From NCBI GenBank assembly GCA_046331705.1, contig JAXLQJ010000008.1, forward strand, positions 62,001 through 126,000: a DNA stretch of 64,000 bases. Direction: 5' to 3'. Both the position numbers and the translations under genes were made by a program. The stretch's first letter is position 1, and every line of letters begins with the position of its first letter. Below are positions 1-9,186 of this stretch, piece after piece. The DNA comes from a bacterium. GTDB lineage: Bacteria > JADJOY01. Below the pieces are notes generated by a model. It did not search any database. It was given only the letters and a program-made list of their open reading frames with translations, and was not told where the DNA came from.

Positions 1-1467
1 GAGCGTGCCGTCGCCGATCCCGAGAGCCACCGCCGATCGGTGGCAGCTCGCGCAGTCGCGGGCCTTTCGGCCGGTCTGGTGCGCGGCGAGCGGTGCGAAG
101 AGCCGCCGCTCGGTGCGCTGACCGTCGTGCTCGAGGGTGAGGATCATCCCGGGGACGAACGTGGTGACGCGACCATTCCCATCGACACCGAGTGTAGGAG
201 CGTCCGCGGAGAAGCTCCACCCGCGCTCCTCCCATTCCTCGGCATTGCTCGCCTCCCGCGTGGCGCGGGTGTGGCAGCCGAGGCAGCGCGGCGCCAGCGC
301 GGTATGGCACGCGTCGCACGAGAGGCGCGCGTGAGCGCCGCCGTGCGGCTCCGCGCGCGGCGTGGGCGCGGGTGGGCGCGGCCGGGCGCCGCGCTTGCCG
401 CGGACGTCGAGACGACCATCCGCGCGCACCCACGCACCGAGCAGCACGCCGCCCTGCGCGCCCGCCACGTAGCGCCGCCGGGACGCGGCCGCGCCCCACA
501 GCGAGCGCGCGATCACCTGGCTCGCGCGATCGAGCGCCGCGAATGGCCGCACCCGTGAGTCGGGCACGCGGCCGTCGGGGGATTCCAGGTGGCAATCCAC
601 GCAGCGCGAGCGAACCGCATCCTCCTGGTGCGCGTGCGAGCGGAAATCGCCCATGACGTCGTCGACGGTGTGGCAATCGACACAGCCGAGGCCGGCCGTG
701 CGATGGACGTCCGCGGGGATCGACTCGAGAACGCGACCATCGGGGAGGATGCGTCGCGATCGGCCGGGCTCGGGCGAGAGCGCGGCGTGCCCGGCGTCGA
801 GCTCGGTCCAGCCCGCGTAGCTGAGCGAGATCCTCCCCGAGCGGGAATGGCAACCGAAGCACGCGTCGTCGCCGATCCGCAGGTCGACGGCCGGGTGGCC
901 CTCGCCCACGCGCTCGCGGAGGTGACACGCGAGGCAGCCGCCGCCGCGGCGGGAAGCGGGTTCCGCGAGACCGCGCGCGTCCTTGGGCGCGCCGAGATGA
1001 CACGTGGAGCAGAGCTCGGCGGCGTGGCGATCGGCGGCGCGCGCCGGATCGAGCGCGTCGATCCGCGCGGTCGCGCCGCCGTCGGGAGTGTCCGCCTCTG
1101 CGAAGACGAAGCGATTCACCGCCACCAGCCCGCCGTTGGTGGTCATGAGGGAGCTCGCGACGCGCGTGTACGCCTCCGCGTGGCAGCGCGCGCACGGCAT
1201 CGCGGCATTCGCGAGATCCGAGCCGGGCCAGGGCACCATGCCGGCGTGAGCGGCACCCTTCTCCGCGGCCTGCGGATCCCCGAGATGACAGGACACGCAG
1301 CCGATGCGCCTCGGATCGTGCGCCCGCCCCAGACCGTGAACGAGCGCCGCGTGACAGGGCACGCAGCGCTCCGCTGCGCGACTCGCCGTGCCGCCGAGCA
1401 GCAGCGACGCCGTCACCACCGCGGCGCGAAGCCACGCTCGCGAGCGCCCGTCCGCCGCCGAAACCAT
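1..1467 (-). CDS. Secreted multiheme c-type cytochrome (partial; 3' end runs off the window start)
   Basis: Manual translation from ATG 1467 gives MVSAADGRSRAWLRAAVVTASLLLGGTASRA (signal-like), then 11 in-frame CxxCH motifs: CVPCH, CVSCH, CARCH, CSTCH, CLACH, CFGCH, CVDCH x2, CDACH, CLGCH, CASCH. Absent from the ORF track because there is no stop in the window. Confidence 0.92.
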   Translation of the reverse strand, partial: MVSAADGRSRAWLRAAVVTASLLLGGTASRAAERCVPCHAALVHGLGRAHDPRRIGCVSCHLGDPQAAEKGAAHAGMVPWPGSDLANAAMPCARCHAEAYTRVASSLMTTNGGLVAVNRFVFAEADTPDGGATARIDALDPARAADRHAAELCSTCHLGAPKDARGLAEPASRRGGGCLACHLRERVGEGHPAVDLRIGDDACFGCHSRSGRISLSYAGWTELDAGHAALSPEPGRSRRILPDGRVLESIPADVHRTAGLGCVDCHTVDDVMGDFRSHAHQEDAVRSRCVDCHLESPDGRVPDSRVRPFAALDRASQVIARSLWGAAASRRRYVAGAQGGVLLGAWVRADGRLDVRGKRGARPRPPAPTPRAEPHGGAHARLSCDACHTALAPRCLGCHTRATREASNAEEWEERGWSFSADAPTLGVDGNGRVTTFVPGMILTLEHDGQRTERRLFAPLAAHQTGRKARDCASCHRSAVALGIGDGTL

Positions 1468-1535
1468 CGCGTTCCCGTTGCTCGCCGCTCGAATGGCGGC
1501 AGCGCTCGCCGGCGCGCGACGCGCCCGCCTCGACC

Positions 1536-2696
1536 TCAGTCTTCCGGGCGGAAGAGCTGATCCGCGACGATCTTGAGGCCGGCCAGATCGTGGACGTCGT
1601 CGTCCAGGAAGGGCACGCGGAAGATCGGCAGGTTGCGCCGACCGACGCGGCCCTTGAGATCCTCGAGGTAGAGCGATTCGCGCTCGGCGAGGGCCTCGTG
1701 GTCTCGATAGGTCTGGGCCAGCGCCTTCAGCAGCTGGACGCCGGGGGCGGCGTCCGATTTCGACGTCTTGGGACTGGTGCGCAAGCGCTCCACGGTGCTG
1801 GCGATCCGCTTACCGTGATCGAAGGGCTCGTGGACCATGTTCACGACGAAGCCGCCGAACGGCATCTGGAGCTCGGCGAGGCGCTCGTAGAAGAAGACGC
1901 CCTCGGCGAGCGTGTCGGGGCGAGGCCCCGTGACCAAGAGGAACACCGAGTCGGGGGAACGGATCAGCTCGGCGACACGATCCGCGCGCTCGCGGAAGCC
2001 GTCGAAGAGCGCGTCGAAGGCGTCGAAGAAGTCGGCGATCTCGCGCAGCACCTCGAGCCCCGTGAGCTTCTCCAGCACCTGGAACGCGCGTCCCATGCCC
2101 TTCTGGACCATCTTGTAGCCGAAGTGACCGAGCCGGAAATACGGCCGCAAGAACTTGTCGAGGACGTCGCTCGCCACGAAGTGGTTGATGCGCGTGGGCG
2201 CTTCCAGGAAATCCAGCGCGAAGGTGGTGGGCGGCGTGTCGAGCACCAGCACGTCGTAGTCGCCGCTCTGGGTCAGCTCGTAGAGCTTCTCCATCGCCAT
2301 GTACTCGTGGCTGCCGGCGAGGGCGCTCGAGATGTTCTGGTACATGCGGTTGGCGAGCACCGTGTCGCGCACCTCGGGGCTCGGCGCGTAGCGCTCGACC
2401 AGCGCATCGAAGGTGCGCTTGGTGTCGAGCATGAGCGCGTGCAGCTCGCCGCCCCTGGCGTCGAGGCGCGCGCCGGCGAACGCCTCGCTCGGCACCGGGC
2501 GGGGCTCGTTGTCGAGGCGATCGAGGCCGAGCGAGTTGGCGAGGCGCCGCGCCGGGTCGATCGTGCACACCACGGTGCGCTTGCCGGCGAGCGCGTGCTC
2601 GAGCGCGACGGAGGCGGAGATGGTGGTCTTGCCCACCCCGCCGCTGCCGCAGCAGATGATGACCCGCTTGCCGGCGAGCGTCGTGGCCAGGCTCAC
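1536..2696 (-). CDS. ArsA/Get3-family ATPase (second of tandem pair, BagB/Rv3680-like)
   Basis: GTG start overlaps the upstream stop (GTGA). Motifs CCGSGGVGKTT, TIDPARRLA and VLDTPPT. Confidence 0.88.
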   Translation of the reverse strand: MSLATTLAGKRVIICCGSGGVGKTTISASVALEHALAGKRTVVCTIDPARRLANSLGLDRLDNEPRPVPSEAFAGARLDARGGELHALMLDTKRTFDALVERYAPSPEVRDTVLANRMYQNISSALAGSHEYMAMEKLYELTQSGDYDVLVLDTPPTTFALDFLEAPTRINHFVASDVLDKFLRPYFRLGHFGYKMVQKGMGRAFQVLEKLTGLEVLREIADFFDAFDALFDGFRERADRVAELIRSPDSVFLLVTGPRPDTLAEGVFFYERLAELQMPFGGFVVNMVHEPFDHGKRIASTVERLRTSPKTSKSDAAPGVQLLKALAQTYRDHEALAERESLYLEDLKGRVGRRNLPIFRVPFLDDDVHDLAGLKIVADQLFRPED

Positions 2697-3733
2697 GAGC
2701 GCCTCCCCGATCTCGCCTTGGCGCGGTTGGCGGGGATGGGCTCGCCGAACGCCGCGCGCCCCACCTGCTCCAGGATCGCCGCGGCGACGGCGTCCGTGAG
2801 CGCTCGTCCCGGCACGGCGTCGAAGAGATAGGGCACCAGGATCTTGGGACCGGGCATCTCCTCGGCGAGGCGCTCGAGATAGACGTCGCCGAGCCGCCGG
2901 CGCGCGAGCACGCGCTCGGCACCCTCCACCAGCGCGGCGGCGATCTTGGGGTCGAGATCGACTCCCGACTCCTGGGCGAGCTTGCCGGGGTTCGCGCGCA
3001 CCTTCTCCCAGAGCGGGGCGAGCGCGGGCGGCACCACCTCGGGGTAGACGCCGTTCACGAACGTGGCGCCGCGGTGCATGCCGACATCCTTGCGCACGGT
3101 GTGGTCGAGCTCGAGCGACTCGTTGACCGGCATCTCCTCGGGCAGCGTCACGATGTGGAACGCCGTGTGGTCGGGATCCGTGAGCAGCTTCAGCACGTCC
3201 TTGGTGTAGTGATGGATCGGCCCGACGCGGATGGTGTCGAGGATGACCTGCGGCGTCTTGAAGAGGCTCACCCCGTGACCGGTGGCGGGCGAGTCGAACA
3301 CGATCCGGTCGAACTCGACGCCCTTCACCCCCGAGCCGTCGGGCTGACAGAGAAACCACATCTTGCCGAGGATGAAGAGCTCCTCGAGCCCGGGCGCCGC
3401 CGCGATGAAGTAGTGGAAGAGGTCGCGCTTCAGAAGCTGGTCGTAGAGGAACTTCACCTTGAGCTTGAGGATCAGGAACTCCTCCAAGCTCTCGCGGCCG
3501 GAGATGTTGGCGGCCCACAGGTTCTCTTCCACGCGGCGCGTCTTGTAGACGAGCTTGTGGGTGCCGAGGCAATGGCTCAGCCCTTCGCGCGCGTCCGAGC
3601 CGATGAGCAGGGTCTTGAGGCCGGCCCGCGCCGCGTTGAGGGCGATGGCCGTCGCGAACGTGCTCTTCCCGACTCCGCCCTTGCCGGCGACGACGAGAAT
3701 CCGGCGATCGAGGCTCAGGGAGGCCTGATCCAT
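2693..3733 (-). CDS. ArsA/Get3-family ATPase (first of tandem pair, BagA/Rv3679-like)
   Basis: GKGGVGKST P-loop, AAPGLEEL and FDSPATGH, VTLPEEMPVNES. Confidence 0.88.
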   Translation of the reverse strand: MDQASLSLDRRILVVAGKGGVGKSTFATAIALNAARAGLKTLLIGSDAREGLSHCLGTHKLVYKTRRVEENLWAANISGRESLEEFLILKLKVKFLYDQLLKRDLFHYFIAAAPGLEELFILGKMWFLCQPDGSGVKGVEFDRIVFDSPATGHGVSLFKTPQVILDTIRVGPIHHYTKDVLKLLTDPDHTAFHIVTLPEEMPVNESLELDHTVRKDVGMHRGATFVNGVYPEVVPPALAPLWEKVRANPGKLAQESGVDLDPKIAAALVEGAERVLARRRLGDVYLERLAEEMPGPKILVPYLFDAVPGRALTDAVAAAILEQVGRAAFGEPIPANRAKARSGRRS

Positions 3734-3832
3734 CGTTGGGGAGCTCCGGCTTGTGGCGATCGCGTGCGCAGCCGGAAGCGCGACCGCGCGACGACGTGGG
3801 CGCGCGAAGCTAGCCCATGGCGGAAGCCACGG

Positions 3833-5005
3833 TCAAACCGTGAGGTCGAGCTGCTGCACGGTGCCGACGCCGCCGGCTTCCGTCACGTAGATGCCCGTCG
3901 ACCGAACGGCGCCGAGGGACTCGTTCGTCGCGGTGCGCAGCTCGAACGGCGTGTCGGCGTGGTCGAGCGAGATGGCGCCGATCCCGGTGCTCGTGAGCGA
4001 CGCCACCGTCCCCGGGCCGTCGGCGCTCGGGTTCCACACGGCGAGCCGCGAGAACACGCCATCCCCCTCGTCGATCCAGCCGTTGCGATCCTCGTCGAAG
4101 GCCGCGAGCTCGGCGAAACCGTCGCCGCCGGTCGGCCCGAACAGCTCCTTGCCGGAGTCGATCCGCCCGTTGCCGTTGCGGTCGAGCGCCAGATAACCGC
4201 TTCCCCCGCTCAGCAGCGGGACGTCCTCGGAGCGACCGTCCCCATTCAGGTCGAAGCGGAAACGCGTGCTCGCGAGCTCGGCGGCCGTGCCGTCGAAGTT
4301 CACCACCAAGGGGTCCTTGCGGACCGCGTCGCCGGCTTGGATCGAGACGTGGGTCTCCTCGTGATACGCGCGGCTCATCTCGAGGCTCACCGAGAACGCG
4401 ATCTGCTCGCCGTCGGCGGTCTGGATCACACCGGAAGCGGAGAACTGCGTCTGCTCGGCCTCGTCGTACGACTCGTCGTAGCGGTAGTCGAGTCCGAAGC
4501 CGGCAGCGACGGATGGCGCGGGCGCGGATGGCGGCGCGCTCGCCGGCTCGAGAGTGGCGAGCGAATCGCCGGAGGCGTCGGACGATGCGGCGGGATCGCT
4601 CGCCACCTCGCCCACCGGCTTGCCGGTGAGCGCCTCGATGATCCGACGCAACAGACGCAGCGCTGGATCGTTGTCGGCCTGACGAATCGCCTCGTCCACG
4701 GCGGTCGCCGCCGACGCGCTCGCCTCGGGATCGGGCGCGGCGCCCGGTGGGGGCGAGTCGGGCTGCGCCGCGGCTCGCGCCGCCTGGCGCGCATCGCGTA
4801 GCGCCAGCGCCGCGAGGCGACGGTGCGAGCCGAGCGTCCCCGCATCCGCGGGAAGCGCAGCCGGTGCGCCGTCGCGCGACGGTGCGTTGCGGTCGTCGCC
4901 ACGCGGGCGAGCGCCCACCCACGTTTGCAGGCTCTCGCGAACCTGGTGCTGCGACGCTTGGACGTGACGAGACGTGAGATCGAACGACGCGCTCGTGATG
5001 CGCAT
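3833..5005 (-). CDS. Hypothetical protein with C-terminal Ca-binding DxDxDG/VCBS-like repeats
   Basis: ATG 5005 after a G-rich RBS. C-terminus DPLVVNFDG...FDLNGDG...LALDRNGNGRIDSGKELFG...DEDRNGWIDEGD. Confidence 0.75.
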   Translation of the reverse strand: MRITSASFDLTSRHVQASQHQVRESLQTWVGARPRGDDRNAPSRDGAPAALPADAGTLGSHRRLAALALRDARQAARAAAQPDSPPPGAAPDPEASASAATAVDEAIRQADNDPALRLLRRIIEALTGKPVGEVASDPAASSDASGDSLATLEPASAPPSAPAPSVAAGFGLDYRYDESYDEAEQTQFSASGVIQTADGEQIAFSVSLEMSRAYHEETHVSIQAGDAVRKDPLVVNFDGTAAELASTRFRFDLNGDGRSEDVPLLSGGSGYLALDRNGNGRIDSGKELFGPTGGDGFAELAAFDEDRNGWIDEGDGVFSRLAVWNPSADGPGTVASLTSTGIGAISLDHADTPFELRTATNESLGAVRSTGIYVTEAGGVGTVQQLDLTV

Positions 5006-5076
5006 GGCAGCCCCCCCTGCTGTCTGGGCCCACCCTGGCCGCATCCGGCCCCGTCCCGGGGCGTCGCGTGTAGGTC

Positions 5077-5103
5077 TCTTCGGCAGATCTTGCCGAGGCT
5101 TGA
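5077..5103 (-). promoter_or_regulatory. Putative sigma28 (FliA)-type promoter for the 3833..5005 gene
   Basis: Minus strand reads TCAA-N15-GCCGAAGA, close to the FliA consensus TAAA-N15-GCCGATAA, about 70 nt upstream of the ATG. Confidence 0.5.
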
Positions 5104-5261
5104 GCGCCGCGCGAAGCCGCCTCCCGGCAGACGCTGCCGGACGTCCCGGAACGGCCCGTCGGCGACGGCCCGCGTGCCTTGACGCCTCCTCCCAAGCCCC
5201 CTACGGTTCCAGACCGCTCGCGGCGCCCGCACTCGGTCGATCCGCGGCGCCGCCACGTCCC

Positions 5262-6032
5262 ATGACCCGGCGCATCGCGTTCATCAACGAGAAAGGCGGC
5301 AGCCTCAAGACCACGCTCACGGTGAACGTGGGCGGGTACTACGCGCTCAAGCGCAAGGAGCGCGTGCTGCTCGTGGATCTCGATCCGCAGGGGCACGCCG
5401 GCAAATGCCTGGGGCTCGACGTGCGCTCCGCCGCCCGCACCGTGCGCGATCTGCTCGTGGACCCGACGATCCATCCGCGCGACGTGGCGATGCCCACGCG
5501 AATCGAGGGCCTCGACGTGATCGTGAGCAACAAGAGCCTCACGACCCTGCCGATCAGCTCGGACGCGGACCGCGACTGGGCCGAACGGCTCGCGAAGCAG
5601 ATCGACAAGGTGCGCGGGTACGATTGGATCCTCTTCGACTCGCCGCCGTCGCTGGGGCTGCTGTCGATGAGCGTGCTGCTCGCGACCCTCGAGGTCGTGA
5701 TACCGGTCAACCTCACGTTCCTGGCGCTCGACGGTTGCGCCGAGATCGTCGACACGATCGAGACGCTCAAGCAGCGCCACCACCGCCCGCACCTGCGCAT
5801 CACGTTGGTGGTGCCGACGCTCTATCGCCCCACCCGGCTCGCCAACGAGATCCTGGAAAAGCTGGGCGAGCACTTTCGCGGGCGGGTCGCGAAGACGGTG
5901 ATCGGCTACAACGTCAAGATCGACGAGGCCCAGAGCCACGGGCTCACGATCTTCGAGTACGCGCCCGAGTCCGCCGGGGCGGAGGCCTTCGAGTCGCTCG
6001 CCAAAGAGATCAAGCGCAAGGGCGAATCGTGA
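5262..6032 (+). CDS. ParA/Soj-family ATPase (orphan, no parB)
   Basis: MTRRIAFINEKGGSLKTT (variant deviant Walker A), LVDLDPQG, FDSPPSLG, NVKIDEAQSHG. Confidence 0.9.
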   Translation: MTRRIAFINEKGGSLKTTLTVNVGGYYALKRKERVLLVDLDPQGHAGKCLGLDVRSAARTVRDLLVDPTIHPRDVAMPTRIEGLDVIVSNKSLTTLPISSDADRDWAERLAKQIDKVRGYDWILFDSPPSLGLLSMSVLLATLEVVIPVNLTFLALDGCAEIVDTIETLKQRHHRPHLRITLVVPTLYRPTRLANEILEKLGEHFRGRVAKTVIGYNVKIDEAQSHGLTIFEYAPESAGAEAFESLAKEIKRKGES

Positions 6033-6082
6033 CGGCGCGCGTTCGCTCGACGCAACCACGGACTCGCCACCCCCCTGCAGCC

Positions 6083-7501
6083 ATGGGCACCAAATCCGTT
6101 CTGGGTCGCGATCCGTTCTCGGGCTTCGCTCGACAGCCGGAAGCCGCTCCCAGGCGCGCGCCACCACCGGCGCCTGGGGAGACGGGGGAGCCGCCGGCCG
6201 CCGCGCCCCCGCGCGCGGCGACGGCAGCGACGCCGGCGCGTGCGCAGCCCCCGTCGCGTCGGGTGCGGCCGATCGAGATCGAGGTCGAGCCCGCAGCCGC
6301 GGCGCGCGGGACGTCGGGGAAACGCCCGGCCCACTCCGGCGCAGCCACACGACCCGAGACCGCGGCTCGCGCCACGCACGACCCGTTCGCGCGCCTCGAG
6401 TCGCGCCTCGCCCAGGCGCTCGCCGACACCGACGCGAGCACCGCGCCGCCTGCCCCGCAACGGGCTGCGGCGCCCAGCGGCGCGCGCGCGCGGCGGGCGG
6501 ATCCGGCGCATGGCGCCGAGCTCGACCGTCGCATCGACGAGCTGCTCGCCGCCGCCGAGACCGGGGTGCGCGGTATCTCGGCGGCGGGCGGGATCTCGTC
6601 GGAGGCCATGCGCCAGGTGGGTCTGGTGCGCCGCCTTCTCGAGCTCGTGAACGGTCTCAAGGACCTGGCGAGCCCCACCGCGCTGCGGAGCCTGTGGCGC
6701 GACGCCACCCACCCGATCGCTTCCGGCTCGCCCCAAGCGGGCACGATCGACCCCGCGCTCGCGGCGCAGCTCGAGCCGCTCTTGGACTTCCTCTACAGCA
6801 CCTACTGGCGCGTCGAGGTCGAGGGACTCGAGAACGTTCCCAGCGAGGGCGGCGCGATGCTGGTCGCCAACCACGCCGGCCTCCTGCCGTACGACGGACT
6901 GATGATCGCGCGCGCCGTGCGCCGCGCTCACCCCGCGCGCCGCGAGGTGCGGTTCCTGATCGACGACGCCGCCTACGACCTGCCCATCCTCGGGCCGCTG
7001 GCGGCGCGCCTCGGCGGCGTGCGCGCCTCGAGCGAGAACGCGGAGCACTGGCTGGGTGCGGGGGAGGTGGTGTGCGTCTTCCCGGAGGGCGGCAGCGCCA
7101 CCACCAAGCGCTATCGCGACCGCTATCGACTCCAGCAATTCGGGCGCGGCGGATTCGTGTCGGTCGCGATGCGCCACCGAGCGCCGCTGGTGCCCACCGC
7201 CGTCATCGGCAGCGAAGAGACACACCCGGTCGTGACGCGTCTCGACTGGCTGGGCCGACTCCTCGGCCTGCCCACCCTGCCCGTCACCCCGACGCTACCG
7301 CTGCTCGGGCCGCTCGGACTGGTGCCGTTGCCCAGCAAGTGGCGCATCCGCTTCGGCGCGCCGATCGCGACTGCCCGCGGCAAGCGCAAGCGCGCCGACG
7401 ATTACCTCGCGGTGAGCGAGCTCAAAGACCGCATCCGTGACGCGATCCAGTCGCAACTCGAGTCCACCCGTCAATCCCACCCCTCGCGCTTCTTCGGCTG
7501 A
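6083..7501 (+). CDS. Lysophospholipid/glycerolipid acyltransferase (PlsC/MGAT-like) with a long N-terminal extension
   Basis: C-terminal domain has VANHAGLLPYDG, VFPEG and GRGGFV. The N-terminal ~210 aa are Pro/Ala-rich plus helical segments. Alternative GTG start at 6029 overlaps the parA stop. Confidence 0.85.
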   Translation: MGTKSVLGRDPFSGFARQPEAAPRRAPPPAPGETGEPPAAAPPRAATAATPARAQPPSRRVRPIEIEVEPAAAARGTSGKRPAHSGAATRPETAARATHDPFARLESRLAQALADTDASTAPPAPQRAAAPSGARARRADPAHGAELDRRIDELLAAAETGVRGISAAGGISSEAMRQVGLVRRLLELVNGLKDLASPTALRSLWRDATHPIASGSPQAGTIDPALAAQLEPLLDFLYSTYWRVEVEGLENVPSEGGAMLVANHAGLLPYDGLMIARAVRRAHPARREVRFLIDDAAYDLPILGPLAARLGGVRASSENAEHWLGAGEVVCVFPEGGSATTKRYRDRYRLQQFGRGGFVSVAMRHRAPLVPTAVIGSEETHPVVTRLDWLGRLLGLPTLPVTPTLPLLGPLGLVPLPSKWRIRFGAPIATARGKRKRADDYLAVSELKDRIRDAIQSQLESTRQSHPSRFFG

Positions 7502-7506
7502 GCGCG

Positions 7507-9156
7507 GTGCCAGTGCGTTCGCCGCTCGATTGGCTCCGGCGCCGGCTCCGGCGCAGGGCCGAGGAGCCCACGCGTTCGCCTGCGACACCCGGTGAAGAGG
7601 GGTGGGAGTTCGAGGACGGGCTCATGCTCTTCGTGTCCTCGTTCACCCGCCCGCAGCACGTCGGTGCCCTCGACGAGGTGTTCACCGCGCTCGAGTCCGC
7701 GCGGCACTTCGCGCCGACTCACCTCGCCCGGCACGGCGCCTCGCGACCGGCCCAAACCTGGTCGAGATCGCGCGCCGAGCGGTTCCTCGCCCAGCGGTCT
7801 GAGCTGAGCTTCTTCGGAGCGCCGGGACGGCATTGCGGCGATCTCACGACCCGGGCGATCGATCCCCTCGGTGGTTCGTACTTCGCGAGCCTGTGCGTCA
7901 CGGTCGGCGTCCACTGGTCGCGTGAGGCGGCTGCGGACGTGATTGCGAGCGTCGACGACCTCGTCGCGGACGTTGGGCGACTCTTCGTCGCGCTGCGCGG
8001 GGAATACGGGATCGTGGCGCTGCCGGAATCGCGATCGTCTGGCATCGGCCTCTACACGGAAGGGCTTCCCGACCTTCACTGGATCAACTTCGTCGGGCCC
8101 GAGCTGCTCAGAAACACCGGACGCGGCTGGCTGGACGCAGCTCCGTTCGAGCAGAAGATCGAGCTGGGCGGGGATCGGCACGCGCTGATCCTCGCGCGAG
8201 CACCCGGCCGACCGATCACGAAGCACCACGGCGCCGTCATCGCACAGGCGAAGCGCGCGATCGGGAGCGAATGGTTCGTCGAGCCGGGCGCGGACCATGC
8301 CACCCGCTCGATGAGCTTCTCGCTGGAAGGGTTGCGAGAATCGCGCGACAGCGCCGCACGGCGGAACGAGCCGGCAACCAACGTGCGAGACATCGAGGGC
8401 GAGCGCCCGAGCGCGCGCGAGGTCGAGCAGCGTGTCCAGAGCGCACTCGCGGAGATTCGTCCGTCCGCGATCCTCCGGCCGTGGCCGGGAGCGGAGTCCG
8501 CGGGCTGGGGCAGCTTCGAGCTTCAGCGCTACGGAGACGATGCTCGCGCGATGTGGATCGCCCTCGACGCGCGCCGCGAGCACACGCAGGCCGCGCCGTG
8601 CGTGCTGTTGCAGCCCGTGTCCACCGAGGATTCGCGCCGCTTCGTGCCGAGCTTCGAGCCCGTCCGGCTCGCCGCTGCGCTCGACGCCGCAGCTCGCTTC
8701 GACGCCGACGCATGGGTCCAGGACGCGATCGAGCTCGACGCCGACCGCTTCGAATCGTTCAGCGGACCGTGGCCGGAGCGGGCGGCGCCACAGACCCAGC
8801 GCTTGGCTCCTCGGGACGACGAGAGCCTCGTATTCGCGCTGTTCGGAACGCCACGCTCCTGGGAGATTCCCCTGGTACTCGCGTTCGGCGACTGGAACGA
8901 ATGCCCAGCGCCTCACGTCCACGCCGCGATGTTGAAGCGCTGGGGCGATCGGTACGGCGCGCGCTTGCTCGCGCTGGCAGCCGACCGTGTGGCCGTGGAG
9001 GTTGCTCGGCGCCCAGCCGATCGCGAGGAGGCGCTCGCCCTCGCTCGCGAGCATTACGTCTACTGCCCGGATCAAGTGGAGCAGGCCTTCGAAACCCTCG
9101 AAGCCCTGGCCGCGTCGCTTCTCGTCAGCGACGGGTGGGACTTCTGGTGGGATTGA
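7507..9156 (+). CDS. DUF4253-domain protein with an unknown N-terminal domain
   Basis: C-terminus GDWNECP...RWGDRYGA...EHYVYCPDQVEQ...WDFWWD is typical of DUF4253. Start uncertain (GTG 7507 or ATG 7624). Confidence 0.7.
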   Translation: MPVRSPLDWLRRRLRRRAEEPTRSPATPGEEGWEFEDGLMLFVSSFTRPQHVGALDEVFTALESARHFAPTHLARHGASRPAQTWSRSRAERFLAQRSELSFFGAPGRHCGDLTTRAIDPLGGSYFASLCVTVGVHWSREAAADVIASVDDLVADVGRLFVALRGEYGIVALPESRSSGIGLYTEGLPDLHWINFVGPELLRNTGRGWLDAAPFEQKIELGGDRHALILARAPGRPITKHHGAVIAQAKRAIGSEWFVEPGADHATRSMSFSLEGLRESRDSAARRNEPATNVRDIEGERPSAREVEQRVQSALAEIRPSAILRPWPGAESAGWGSFELQRYGDDARAMWIALDARREHTQAAPCVLLQPVSTEDSRRFVPSFEPVRLAAALDAAARFDADAWVQDAIELDADRFESFSGPWPERAAPQTQRLAPRDDESLVFALFGTPRSWEIPLVLAFGDWNECPAPHVHAAMLKRWGDRYGARLLALAADRVAVEVARRPADREEALALAREHYVYCPDQVEQAFETLEALAASLLVSDGWDFWWD

Positions 9157-9186
9157 GGCGCGCCGAAGGGTCGTGCCGGGTTCGGC

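Noticed and set aside
5262-6032. Chromosomal parAB locus or replication origin
   Set aside because: No parB, no recognisable parS and no origin-linked genes.
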